Virus record (IMG/VR): IMGVR_UViG_3300048919_000076
Strand: one strand, 5' to 3'
DNA length: 25,693 bases
From: an uncultured virus (IMG/VR IMGVR_UViG_3300048919_000076)
Taxonomy: Duplodnaviria > Heunggongvirae > Uroviricota > Caudoviricetes
Under the pieces are notes generated by a model. That model was given only the letters and a program-made list of their open reading frames with translations, ran no database searches and was not told where the DNA came from. Position 1 is the first letter of the stretch; each line of letters begins with the position of its first letter. Both the position numbers and the translations under genes were made by a program. Below, one piece after another: positions 6,732-14,520 of the stretch.

Positions 6732-6911
6732 TTAGTTCCTTTTGGTACACTCAAAAGTCTGAGTTAAATAACTCTCAATAGCCTCCTTAAGACAACCTTT
6801 CAAGTTATTAAACAATGGAGCATCTACTTGCTGATACTCTTGGATCTTGTCTAGAAGCTTCCATGCTGCTTCATTCAATGCATCTGAGCCCATATCAATT
6901 TGAATAGTCAT
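6732..6911 (-). CDS. Hypothetical protein (59 aa)
   Basis: Not in ORF track; GGAGG RBS, ATGA overlap; MTIQIDMGSDALNEAAWKLL. Confidence 0.7.
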   Translation of the reverse strand: MTIQIDMGSDALNEAAWKLLDKIQEYQQVDAPLFNNLKGCLKEAIESYLTQTFECTKRN

Positions 6912-7114
6912 TTAAAGAAGTCCTCCAATAACTCTGATTGCTTCTTGTTGATTGTGTCTATGATGCCAGTCTTGAAGCTTTCAGATAGAATCTCATTCTT
7001 GATAAGAGAATCAACGAGAAACTCAATAGCACCGACTGCAATCTCCCAACTATCCTCATCTAGATTAGCGTTGTAAATGAGTAGATCATTAGCAACTTGT
7101 TCTGTCTTATCCAT
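6908..7114 (-). CDS. Hypothetical protein
   Basis: GGAGG RBS; TGATG overlap; MDKTEQVAND. Confidence 0.7.
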   Translation of the reverse strand: MDKTEQVANDLLIYNANLDEDSWEIAVGAIEFLVDSLIKNEILSESFKTGIIDTINKKQSELLEDFFK

Positions 7115-7299
7115 CACTCTTCCCTCCAATTCCGCTTACTCTCCCTAATCCCTCTCCAAGCTTGCTTAACACAGCTATGCTTATTGTGTCGTTCGCTGTG
7201 TTCGTCTGACAGTGTGTCTGGAGAGTGTTTGCTAGGACGTTTACGTTCATATTTTTGGAATGTGTTGTTTTCTTTGAAAACGTCTTGTGTGTAAATCAT
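7114..7299 (-). CDS. Basic hypothetical protein
   Basis: GGAG RBS; coupled to neighbours; 61 aa. Confidence 0.65.
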   Translation of the reverse strand: MIYTQDVFKENNTFQKYERKRPSKHSPDTLSDEHSERHNKHSCVKQAWRGIRESKRNWREE

Positions 7300-7490
7300 A
7301 CTAACTCCGAGAGTGCATCACGAGCATGTTGAAGATCATCATAAGCTGTACGACAGTTGTCCTTTAGGTGCTCAAGCTCACCAATCAAGTCATCTAATTT
7401 GTCCCGTTCTTTACCTACTGCAACCATGCGTTTATCAATCTGTTTGATTGCGTTGTTGATTGTAACGGTTGGCTTTACTTTGTAAGTCAT
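7296..7490 (-). CDS. Coiled-coil hypothetical protein
   Basis: AAGGAG/AAGGG RBS; 64 aa heptad pattern. Confidence 0.75.
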   Translation of the reverse strand: MTYKVKPTVTINNAIKQIDKRMVAVGKERDKLDDLIGELEHLKDNCRTAYDDLQHARDALSELV

Positions 7491-7501
7491 TTCCCTTCTC
7501 C

Positions 7502-7645
7502 TTAGCTCGCTGTGTGAGCAGCATTAACAATTACGTTCCAGACCTTCCCCTCACTACGGTATAACTTGAAGCTAAAGAAGCCTTGTGAGACAAGTTGCTC
7601 GATAGTTGATAAGGCTGCGTTGAGTGTGGTGTGTTGTGTGTTCAT
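7502..7645 (-). CDS. Hypothetical protein (47 aa)
   Basis: Not in ORF track; fills gap; MNTQHTTLNAALSTIEQLVSQGF. Confidence 0.55.
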   Translation of the reverse strand: MNTQHTTLNAALSTIEQLVSQGFFSFKLYRSEGKVWNVIVNAAHTAS

Positions 7646-7647
7646 TG

Positions 7648-7860
7648 TTACAGTCTCATAGCTTTGAAGTAAACATTAGTTGTCAAGTATTGATTAACCG
7701 CAATCATGTCACCATTTTCCAGACCTATCCACAAGCTCTCGGTGTGTTGCATTTGTTTAAGGAAGTCCTTGGCTTCTTCGTCGCTTGCTGATTCTTGCAG
7801 CATCTGGATTGGAAAGTCAGTACCATTAATCACAATGTAGAATTTATATTCAGCTTCCAT
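7648..7860 (-). CDS. Hypothetical protein
   Basis: AGGAG RBS; 70 aa. Confidence 0.75.
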   Translation of the reverse strand: MEAEYKFYIVINGTDFPIQMLQESASDEEAKDFLKQMQHTESLWIGLENGDMIAVNQYLTTNVYFKAMRL

Positions 7861-7869
7861 TGTTATCTC

Positions 7870-8082
7870 CTAAAGATCGTTGTAAGTTTCTACTGCTTCT
7901 TGAAAGTTATTTGTTAACAAGACAAGCTCTTCATTAATAGTTACACGATAATAAAGGTGATTCGTAACAGGCTTAGCTGCCAGATAAATACGCTTAAGTC
8001 CGCAGAACTCACTAGAAGATGCAATAACTTGAGTGTGTACATAGTCGTTCAGTGTTTCGATGTCAATGACGTGGCGTTTCAT
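7870..8082 (-). CDS. Hypothetical protein
   Basis: AAGGA RBS; 70 aa. Confidence 0.75.
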   Translation of the reverse strand: MKRHVIDIETLNDYVHTQVIASSSEFCGLKRIYLAAKPVTNHLYYRVTINEELVLLTNNFQEAVETYNDL

Positions 8083-8083
8083 T

Positions 8084-8677
8084 TTAGACTTCCTTAAGAG
8101 TTTGAATGTATCGTTTGATTGCTTGGTGCCATCTTACCAAGGTTCTCACACCTTTGCAACCCTTCTGAAGAATCTTTTTAAAAGAATTTCCATTAGACAA
8201 ACTATCGATAAATTCCACACCTACAGCTTCGTATTCCTCTGAAGCATATCCGTCATTAGGCTGAGCGTTATCGTGGCTGGATGGGGCATATTCTACGCTG
8301 TCTTCGTCTGTTTCTGAGCGGATTGGGCGTATACTTGCAGCACGTTTGTACAACACTTCTTGACGTTGGATCTTAGCAACGATGATGTCTCTCAAGGTGG
8401 AATACTCAGAGATATCCATCTCACCAGCACGATAGCTTGTTTCGAGTTCAATCATTTGTTCACGAAGAGTTGTCAAGCGTTTTGCTTGTGGGAGGATTCG
8501 GTCCTTGATAGAAATCTTTGTAGTCTTAGGTTCATCATCCCCATAGGACGCTACACATGCCGAGCCATCAGGATTGAAATGTATACGACCAGACTTGCGT
8601 TGGCGATTACCAATCTGCTCTCCCGAGTAGTTGTACTGGTCCGCATCATTCCATGTTGCTTCAATGTAATTCCTCAT
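8084..8677 (-). CDS. Hypothetical protein with SHOCT-like helix pair and acidic linker
   Basis: AGGTGA RBS; 197 aa; ELETSYRAGEMDISEYSTLR. Confidence 0.75.
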   Translation of the reverse strand: MRNYIEATWNDADQYNYSGEQIGNRQRKSGRIHFNPDGSACVASYGDDEPKTTKISIKDRILPQAKRLTTLREQMIELETSYRAGEMDISEYSTLRDIIVAKIQRQEVLYKRAASIRPIRSETDEDSVEYAPSSHDNAQPNDGYASEEYEAVGVEFIDSLSNGNSFKKILQKGCKGVRTLVRWHQAIKRYIQTLKEV

Positions 8678-8714
8678 GACTCACCTACCTAAGCTTGTTT
8701 GTTTCGATAAGCTT

Positions 8715-8750
8715 ATTCTACAAGCAAAAAGAAAGGAGTACAAGGCTCCT
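8715..8750 (-). promoter_or_regulatory. Fused terminator and sigma70-type promoter
   Basis: AGGAG-CCTTGTA-CTCCT-TTCTTTTT; TTGTAC-N17-TAGAAT with the -35 in the loop. Confidence 0.75.
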
Positions 8751-8966
8751 CTAAGATTTATTTTCTAAAACTAGTTTATACCTATCGTGAAACACAATTC
8801 CCAACGTCTTACACTTCAATGCCTGTTGCTTGCATTCACGTTCAGAGTTACCAAAGAACCTCATCTTACTGAATGCTTTGGCTAAGGCAAGATAGTCATC
8901 AGCTCTCTGATACCATGCCTCTAGAGTTTCCTTGGCTTTGTCTAAGTGCCATGTAAGGTCTGTCAT
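8751..8966 (-). CDS. Hypothetical protein
   Basis: ATGA-coupled; 71 aa. Confidence 0.7.
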   Translation of the reverse strand: MTDLTWHLDKAKETLEAWYQRADDYLALAKAFSKMRFFGNSERECKQQALKCKTLGIVFHDRYKLVLENKS

Positions 8967-9160
8967 TTATCCATCCAACCTTTAAATTTGTTAACCCGAT
9001 TCATCTCCTCCAAGATAGCCAATTGACGTTCCTGAAGCTGCCTGTCACGCTTCTTCTGACTACTGCCACAACAGATGGCGCAAATTATCCAGAAGGGTAG
9101 GGCAATAAACCCTGTCAGTAAGGTTAAGATGAACCAAAGCAAATGCGCTCCACCACTCAT
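8963..9160 (-). CDS. Small membrane protein
   Basis: HLLWFILTLLTGFIALPFWIIC hydrophobic segment followed by a basic coiled tail. Confidence 0.75.
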   Translation of the reverse strand: MSGGAHLLWFILTLLTGFIALPFWIICAICCGSSQKKRDRQLQERQLAILEEMNRVNKFKGWMDK

Positions 9161-9561
9161 GACGCATCCTCCACATATTTGACAACTGAATAGTTCAGAG
9201 TCTTGGTTCCATCTTTATTATTGCTGACACTGGTTTGACTGTCAAGATAGCTATTCAGCTCCCATCCTTCCTCTTGACAGTTTTCGATAAGCCATTGCCT
9301 AAAGACCTTCTTATCCCAAACGTCTACTAGTGGGCACACTACAGAGCGTTGCTCAATTACTCTGTGCTTCCCTACACGATCAAGGCCACGAACATCACCT
9401 GTAGCCTCAACACGACTAAGACCTGTAATCAAGAGTGCATAGTTTTCAAGTGTCATCTGAATGTCAACAAATTCTGTGCCAGATGCACTATCATGAATTC
9501 GAATGTTAACTTGATCATTGCTGTTACGACTAATACTGACAGAACCTTTAAAATTGCTCAT
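9157..9561 (-). CDS. Hypothetical protein
   Basis: GAGGTG RBS; 134 aa; coupled both sides. Confidence 0.8.
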   Translation of the reverse strand: MSNFKGSVSISRNSNDQVNIRIHDSASGTEFVDIQMTLENYALLITGLSRVEATGDVRGLDRVGKHRVIEQRSVVCPLVDVWDKKVFRQWLIENCQEEGWELNSYLDSQTSVSNNKDGTKTLNYSVVKYVEDAS

Positions 9562-9767
9562 GATATCACCTCAATCGATTCAATTGTATACCAATTCTGC
9601 CTATACTTATTAACACCATCATCCAGAAGCATAGTGGCAGTTTCAGTCTCTTCACCTATGTTACTAACGTTTATTTCCTTAACTTCGCAAGCTGATTTGA
9701 ACTTGCTGCCACCTACACGGACGAAGACTTTATCACCGATGGTTATTTGGCCTATGAGCTTTTTCAT
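9558..9767 (-). CDS. Hypothetical protein, SH3/KOW-like N-terminus
   Basis: ITIGDKVFVR motif; coupled. Confidence 0.7.
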   Translation of the reverse strand: MKKLIGQITIGDKVFVRVGGSKFKSACEVKEINVSNIGEETETATMLLDDGVNKYRQNWYTIESIEVIS

Positions 9768-9925
9768 TTGGTTTCGTCTACACGACGTTTGCCGAACCTG
9801 TAGCCACCGTATGCATTGTCACGTTTGTCAACCGAGCGAATAGCTGCTTTGAACGACATTGGTTTGCTTACGACTGTGCCGGTTTGACCGTCAAATACTA
9901 CGTAGAGGTCTTTGATAGTGTCCAT
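9764..9925 (-). CDS. Hypothetical protein (53 aa)
   Basis: Not in ORF track; AGGAG RBS; MDTIKDLYVVFDGQTG...DKRDNAYGGYRF. Confidence 0.75.
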   Translation of the reverse strand: MDTIKDLYVVFDGQTGTVVSKPMSFKAAIRSVDKRDNAYGGYRFGKRRVDETK

Positions 9926-9940
9926 GATGTCTCTCCTGCC

Positions 9941-9964
9941 TGATTCGTTTGTTTTGCTTCGTTA
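9941..9964. repeat. 24-bp direct repeat, copy 2 (5' leader)
   Basis: Identical to 6103..6126. Confidence 0.95.
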
Positions 9965-9969
9965 AATAG

Positions 9970-9998
9970 ATATTAGGCTCCTTTCGAAGCCCTGTCAA
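9970..9998 (-). promoter_or_regulatory. Sigma70-type promoter with a hairpin spacer
   Basis: TTGACA-N17-TAATAT; spacer GGCTTC-GAAA-GGAGCC. Confidence 0.85.
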
Positions 9999-10003
9999 TA
10001 GCT

Positions 10004-10330
10004 TTATTTCCATTCACCTGTAATATCTTCAACACACTGAGCATCCATAATACCCTTGATTGCATCGAGTTTAGCAGCCCACAAAGGATTCTGTTCAGCT
10101 ATCTCTTGAGCCTCTTTTGTAATGTGATCATCAAGACGTTTAAAGATGTCATCAAGGTTATCAAATTCAATACCGTTTAGAACAATCTTGAAATCAATGC
10201 TATCAGGGTTCCATTCAGGGTGGTTAATCAACTGATCAAATTTAGAACCCGGACCAATACCTTTGTCACTAGATGCGACCGTGACAGCGAACCAGCGGGT
10301 TGTCCCGCCATTTTCCATACTGATTTTCAT
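10004..10330 (-). CDS. Hypothetical protein
   Basis: AGGAG RBS; 108 aa. Confidence 0.8.
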   Translation of the reverse strand: MKISMENGGTTRWFAVTVASSDKGIGPGSKFDQLINHPEWNPDSIDFKIVLNGIEFDNLDDIFKRLDDHITKEAQEIAEQNPLWAAKLDAIKGIMDAQCVEDITGEWK

Positions 10331-10363
10331 TGTGTTGCTCCTGTGGTTGGTTTGTATGTGCTA

Positions 10364-10399
10364 ATTCTAAGACAACAAAAAGCCCCAGTCAAGGGGCTT
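10364..10399 (-). promoter_or_regulatory. Fused terminator and sigma70-type promoter
   Basis: AAGCCCC-TTGACT-GGGGCTT-TTTGTTG; TTGACT-N17-TAGAAT. Confidence 0.85.
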
Positions 10400-10417
10400 G
10401 GGTAAATCTTTTCTACT

Positions 10418-10762
10418 TTATTCACTCGGTTTCAACAAAGCCTTACAGCTATCACCTATAACAATCAGCTTACTCCGACACTCGATTGGGCTATGACTCA
10501 CTACATCAGTCAGCTCAACGATGCCCTCAACGACTTCAACAAAGCCTTCAAGACGATGTTTGAGCTGGTCAATCTCTTGCTGTATTAAGTCAAACAACTC
10601 GTTCATCAATTGCATGCGTTCTTGTGTGTCATCTGTGTTTGTGATATTACTATCTACAGATGAAAGCTTCTCTACTTTGTACTCCTCACTTTGAGCCCAA
10701 TCAGGTATGGAATCAAGAACGTACTCACGACCATCACGAGTTACCAAGTATTTGATAGCCAT
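10418..10762 (-). CDS. Hypothetical protein
   Basis: AAGGA RBS; 114 aa with coiled-coil C-half. Confidence 0.75.
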   Translation of the reverse strand: MAIKYLVTRDGREYVLDSIPDWAQSEEYKVEKLSSVDSNITNTDDTQERMQLMNELFDLIQQEIDQLKHRLEGFVEVVEGIVELTDVVSHSPIECRSKLIVIGDSCKALLKPSE

Positions 10763-10764
10763 GA

Positions 10765-10968
10765 TTAATTATTCCTTGCGATGCTTTTGAAAGCTGCGGC
10801 GAGAGTCTTTTTGATTCTAACCTTGCCATCCAAACGTTGGACCAAATACCCTTCCGAACGTTTGATGATCAAGCCTTTGAAATCGCCTGTGTTTACGTCA
10901 TAGACCCTTCTAGTGGAGTTGCCACTTACTGGACTGTACTCACCGCGAACGCTGTCTGTTTGTGCCAT
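10765..10968 (-). CDS. Basic hypothetical protein
   Basis: TAAGGTG RBS before MAQTDSVRG. Confidence 0.75.
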   Translation of the reverse strand: MAQTDSVRGEYSPVSGNSTRRVYDVNTGDFKGLIIKRSEGYLVQRLDGKVRIKKTLAAAFKSIARNN

Positions 10969-11086
10969 GATAATCACCTTAAGATTAGGTAATCAACACA
11001 AAGAACCATTTCTTTGTGCCTTGACTCCGTGGTCGTCAGATGGCTAATTCTTGAAGCCGTCTCGTGCATCTCCTTGTATGTTTCCA

Positions 11087-11115
11087 AGGATAGCGAATGT
11101 CCTACATGACGTCAA
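11087..11115 (-). promoter_or_regulatory. Sigma70-type promoter
   Basis: TTGACG-N17-TATCCT. Confidence 0.7.
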
Positions 11116-11144
11116 GTGTTTTTCTCACACAACCTGAAAATAAT

Positions 11145-11417
11145 TTATAGGTCGTAAATTAATCCTTTCAAAACAAGGGCTTCCTCGATGTATCCAAGCT
11201 GAGTAGCGTAAGCTTCATCAGATTTATCTTTGTATTCCACACCTTCATCCAACCACAACCACTGTTGAAAATGCTGGAGAAGTGTTTCAAGAGAAAGGTT
11301 CAACAGGTTGCGACAATCAATCAATGCTTGGTTGTGTGTAAGAGGATTGTTCAGGGATTCCAGTGCTTCTTTGATATCGTTGGTTTCAGTGGTGCTATTG
11401 ATAACTTCTAAGGTCAT
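11145..11417 (-). CDS. Acidic hypothetical protein
   Basis: AGGAG RBS; 90 aa. Confidence 0.75.
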   Translation of the reverse strand: MTLEVINSTTETNDIKEALESLNNPLTHNQALIDCRNLLNLSLETLLQHFQQWLWLDEGVEYKDKSDEAYATQLGYIEEALVLKGLIYDL

Positions 11418-11463
11418 TTTAAAGCTCCTACGTACTTTGTGTTAGGTTGGCGTTACAGGTTTC

Positions 11464-11491
11464 AGTCTACACGGATCCAATCTACAAGCAA
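11464..11491 (-). promoter_or_regulatory. Possible sigma70-type promoter
   Basis: TTGCTT-N16-TAGACT in an intergenic gap. Confidence 0.5.
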
Positions 11492-11512
11492 TAGCCTTCA
11501 TGAAATAAAATT

Positions 11513-11755
11513 CTAAAAGAAAGAAGAATCTCTCCATTGACGAAATCTATTGATTCCCTTCATCACTAAGCTTTTCTCTTTGTACAGCTTAATCACCTTA
11601 TGAATGACCACCCTTTGGGTGAAGCTCTGCCCTATAGCCACTTCATAAACACTGCCTGCTGCATGCAAAAGATAGAGCTGTGCAAGGTTTGGAGAATCAC
11701 CTCCAAGGATTGACTTTAGGAATTGTTCTAGTTGAGCTTCAAATTGTTTGTTCAT
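11513..11755 (-). CDS. Hypothetical protein
   Basis: ATG 2 nt after the upstream stop; MNKQFEAQLE. Confidence 0.65.
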   Translation of the reverse strand: MNKQFEAQLEQFLKSILGGDSPNLAQLYLLHAAGSVYEVAIGQSFTQRVVIHKVIKLYKEKSLVMKGINRFRQWRDSSFF

Positions 11756-11757
11756 GT

Positions 11758-12009
11758 TTAAAACATCCCAGTAATTTTGTGCCACTCGTTTTCTACGAAT
11801 GCAACACCTTGTTGATACTCAATCTCAGTTTCTGTCAGAATATGCGAGTCTGTCAATGTCCAGATAGCAATCCATTGCTCAAGTGCTGTCACGCTATCCA
11901 ATACAGTCGAATAAATTGCATCCTCGACAGCACACTTGAAATGATAGTTCTCTGTTGATTCTGTGAAAGTATTCTGTAGTTGCTCATTCAGGATTTTAAG
12001 AGGATTCAT
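11758..12009 (-). CDS. Hypothetical protein
   Basis: AAGGA RBS; 83 aa. Confidence 0.7.
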   Translation of the reverse strand: MNPLKILNEQLQNTFTESTENYHFKCAVEDAIYSTVLDSVTALEQWIAIWTLTDSHILTETEIEYQQGVAFVENEWHKITGMF

Positions 12010-12190
12010 TTGTTTTGTCCTTGACCAAAGTCCGTTGAGCCACGTTTCCGATAATGTATGAAGTTATTACCAACCCTGTTAGGTTCTGCACAACTTCCTG
12101 AGAGATTTTACCGTTCCAAAGAAAAAGAAACAACAGAAGTTGTACGACAACACAGAGCCAAAACTTGCGACTGAGAAGTTTATCAGTCAT
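11996..12190 (-). CDS. Small two-TM membrane protein, holin-like pattern
   Basis: KLLSRKFWL + TM1, short loop, TM2 ending YIIGNV. Confidence 0.65.
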   Translation of the reverse strand: MTDKLLSRKFWLCVVVQLLLFLFLWNGKISQEVVQNLTGLVITSYIIGNVAQRTLVKDKTNESS

Positions 12191-12480
12191 TCTTCATCCT
12201 CCTCAGTTTGCATCGTACCATCTTTATACAACTTTTCACAGGTATTAAAGTGTGTACGAATAGATCCTTCCATACCCTCACCCATATGAACGATATCACC
12301 ACGCTTTCTTTCGATAGAATCCCACTCCCAAACCATTGTTTCAGCGTATCGAGAAGCGTACATGGATGAACTAGTTCTGTCGATTGTAGACACATAAAAT
12401 GCCTTATCTTCCTGTGTTTCGCTTGAAAAGAATACGTAGGTTTGGATAAGGGTTTTGTTTGGTTCACGTTCTTCAAACAT
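12187..12480 (-). CDS. Hypothetical protein
   Basis: AAGGAG RBS before MFEEREPNK. Confidence 0.75.
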   Translation of the reverse strand: MFEEREPNKTLIQTYVFFSSETQEDKAFYVSTIDRTSSSMYASRYAETMVWEWDSIERKRGDIVHMGEGMEGSIRTHFNTCEKLYKDGTMQTEEDEE

Positions 12481-12670
12481 TTTCAAATACTCCTTTAGTA
12501 TAAAGTTCTTCCACATAATCCCGGCAAGCTAGTGCGTAATTGAAGCGGGCAATCTTCAGCTCTTCTTTTGCCAGTATCAGTGCAAGGCTGCCATCAAGCG
12601 ATGACTGAGCAGTTTTGTATTCTTGCTCGGCCTCGGCTAACTTATTACGTAGTTCGATAATATCGTTCAT
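12473..12670 (-). CDS. Helical hypothetical protein
   Basis: GGGGTGA RBS; 65 aa. Confidence 0.7.
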   Translation of the reverse strand: MNDIIELRNKLAEAEQEYKTAQSSLDGSLALILAKEELKIARFNYALACRDYVEELYTKGVFENV

Positions 12671-12816
12671 CGTTCACCCCACTGAGAAGGCTTAGACACA
12701 TGAATTCCCGCACACTTCTCATACAAATCATTAGCCATATTAACAGCTTCACTTCGGCTGTTGGCTTGGATAGAGGAATGGAATATGTTGTTTATTAGAA
12801 TCTGATAAGTAATCAT
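12667..12816 (-). CDS. Hypothetical protein (49 aa)
   Basis: Not in ORF track; ATGA overlaps at both ends; MITYQILINN...IQANSRSEAVNMA. Confidence 0.65.
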   Translation of the reverse strand: MITYQILINNIFHSSIQANSRSEAVNMANDLYEKCAGIHVSKPSQWGER

Positions 12817-13037
12817 TTCAAATTGTCCTTTTCAATAGCCAAATCAATCAACTTAACAAGCTCAACACTTGCAGTGGCTACATCAGCTTGCTTGTCAAAG
12901 AAATTATACCACTCATCGGAGAGTTCCTGAATAGGTGTTCCAGATGCGATTAGGAAACTTTCCCAACGTTTTGCATTCTGAAGTTGTTCATCAGATACTT
13001 TGCGCGAGACTACAGCTTTCTTCTTTGGAATGCTCAT
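12813..13037 (-). CDS. Hypothetical protein
   Basis: GGAG RBS; coupled. Confidence 0.7.
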   Translation of the reverse strand: MSIPKKKAVVSRKVSDEQLQNAKRWESFLIASGTPIQELSDEWYNFFDKQADVATASVELVKLIDLAIEKDNLK

Positions 13038-13228
13038 TTCACAATCTCCACACGACGATAACTAACCTGAATTTCTTTCTGATTAGGGTCTTCATACGTA
13101 AAGCTAAGCTCTGAAGCTTTAGCATTGAAAGCTCGTTGAAAATGTTCGCTAATGATAGTTTCAATGTCATTAGCGTCTAGCATCACTTCAGCTTCATGAA
13201 CTTTCTTGGTTAGCTCTGTAATCTTCAT
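13034..13228 (-). CDS. Hypothetical protein
   Basis: AGGAGG RBS before MKITELTKK. Confidence 0.75.
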   Translation of the reverse strand: MKITELTKKVHEAEVMLDANDIETIISEHFQRAFNAKASELSFTYEDPNQKEIQVSYRRVEIVK

Positions 13229-13283
13229 CACCTTCCCTCCTAAATAATTTGTTTGACACATCTCTGTTGTGTGCATGGCTGTA

Positions 13284-13312
13284 AGATTAGCTGATCAGAT
13301 TGGATGCGTCAA
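13284..13312 (-). promoter_or_regulatory. Sigma70-type promoter
   Basis: TTGACG-N17-TAATCT; the -35 contains the TGA stop of the upstream gene. Confidence 0.75.
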
Positions 13313-13509
13313 GGGTTTATCACTGCAACCCTGCGAAATTCTCTCCGAAAAATGATTGCGTTAGGCTCCACTTTCATCCACGCAAAGCAAGGTGTAATCT
13401 TGAACACTTTTCCTGTGTACAAATAAGAACCGTTATCAGCACCAAAGACTACGTTATCACCTTCCCTGATTTGTGTGTTGTTTACGTCTAGTGGTAAAGT
13501 GGGTAACAT
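13309..13509 (-). CDS. Hypothetical protein, SH3-like
   Basis: DVNNTQIREGDNVVF...GKVFKI; GGAG RBS. Confidence 0.7.
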   Translation of the reverse strand: MLPTLPLDVNNTQIREGDNVVFGADNGSYLYTGKVFKITPCFAWMKVEPNAIIFRREFRRVAVINP

Positions 13510-13599
13510 CTAATTTCTCCCTGTGCGTTTATCATTGCTTGAGAACATGATAAACAAAATCATTGTCGGATATAGTAGAAAGCAGAACAATAGAAACAT
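13510..13599 (-). CDS. Small membrane peptide (29 aa)
   Basis: GGAG RBS; MFLLFCFLLYPTMILFIMF. Confidence 0.45.
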   Translation of the reverse strand: MFLLFCFLLYPTMILFIMFSSNDKRTGRN

Positions 13600-13600
13600 C

Positions 13601-13765
13601 TTATTTCTCTCCATTATCAATAAAGAAACGACATTTGCTAGTATCAGGAACGCTTACTATCTGCACAAGCCAAGGTTGATACTTAGCGAGTGGTGGTACA
13701 GTGAATCGTAAGCAGCTATCACGTTTTAGGCAGTCTGTGCCGACACATTTACTGTACACGCTCAC
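13601..13765 (-). CDS. Small Cys-rich protein (54 aa)
   Basis: GTG start with GGAGG RBS; C-x4-C-x5-C-LRF...Q...C pattern. Confidence 0.7.
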   Translation of the reverse strand: MSVYSKCVGTDCLKRDSCLRFTVPPLAKYQPWLVQIVSVPDTSKCRFFIDNGEK

Positions 13766-13944
13766 TCTTCCTCCCATTGCCTATCTTCATAATCGCTAAA
13801 TTCACACAACAGATTCCAGTAAGCATCAAAGCTTACATATTGTCCAAACTCTGTTGTAATTTTCTGTACAGATGCTTGACCAAAGTCGTGGTATTCTACT
13901 TTGAAGTCGTAACGCCTTGGATTCATGTGTTCATTGCTGCTCAT
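13762..13944 (-). CDS. Hypothetical protein
   Basis: GAGG RBS; coupled; GQYVSFDAY. Confidence 0.7.
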   Translation of the reverse strand: MSSNEHMNPRRYDFKVEYHDFGQASVQKITTEFGQYVSFDAYWNLLCEFSDYEDRQWEEE

Positions 13945-14156
13945 TTCAGTTCCTCAATTACAAAATCATTCTGGCTATCAAACAGTCCTTTACCATCAGC
14001 GAAATAATCTCGATATGTTGTGTGCATGTGTAATGCGAAAGCATTCTTAGCAGCACCAACCGTAGCCCAACCACACTTTGACCCAAATTTGATAAGCTTG
14101 CCTGTAGAAACTTGTCGAATCACATAAACAGATGTTACTTCAAATGCACGACTCAT
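13941..14156 (-). CDS. Hypothetical protein
   Basis: GAGGTG RBS; ATGA overlap. Confidence 0.7.
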   Translation of the reverse strand: MSRAFEVTSVYVIRQVSTGKLIKFGSKCGWATVGAAKNAFALHMHTTYRDYFADGKGLFDSQNDFVIEELK

Positions 14157-14347
14157 TTCCACACCTCACAAAATTCAACTTCATCGACCCAATACTCAAT
14201 ATCGGAGATCTTATAATTCGCTTGCAGATATTCACGTGCTTGATTAGCTGTGTCCATTGTAGAATAGATACCAAGATTACTTCGTGCATAGCGTGTCCCT
14301 GTCCACTCATCACAGACAATTATGAATAAGCTCTTTGGAGCTTCCAT
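14153..14347 (-). CDS. Hypothetical protein, family shared with 2131..2310
   Basis: AAGGAG RBS; LGIYSTMDTA...YWVDEVE. Confidence 0.75.
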   Translation of the reverse strand: MEAPKSLFIIVCDEWTGTRYARSNLGIYSTMDTANQAREYLQANYKISDIEYWVDEVEFCEVWK

Positions 14348-14358
14348 CTGATTTCTCC

Positions 14359-14520
14359 TTAGTAAAAACTATCACGATAGCTATCAACTTCCTGCTGCAC
14401 ATATTCTTGATATTCAGCATCAAGATCACGCATTTGCTGATAATATTCTTTGTCAGAAATCAAACCGTCAGTGTGATCCTGTTGGATTTGTTCTGATGCT
14501 TTATCATGCCAATTACTCAT
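14359..14520 (-). CDS. Acidic SHOCT-like protein (53 aa)
   Basis: Not in ORF track; GGAGG RBS; DGLISDKEYYQQMRDL. Confidence 0.7.
   Translation of the reverse strand: MSNWHDKASEQIQQDHTDGLISDKEYYQQMRDLDAEYQEYVQQEVDSYRDSFY

Noticed and set aside
11000..11040. Hammerhead-like CUGACGA...GAAA on the minus strand
   Set aside because: Stem II closing pair and cleavage-site geometry do not fit
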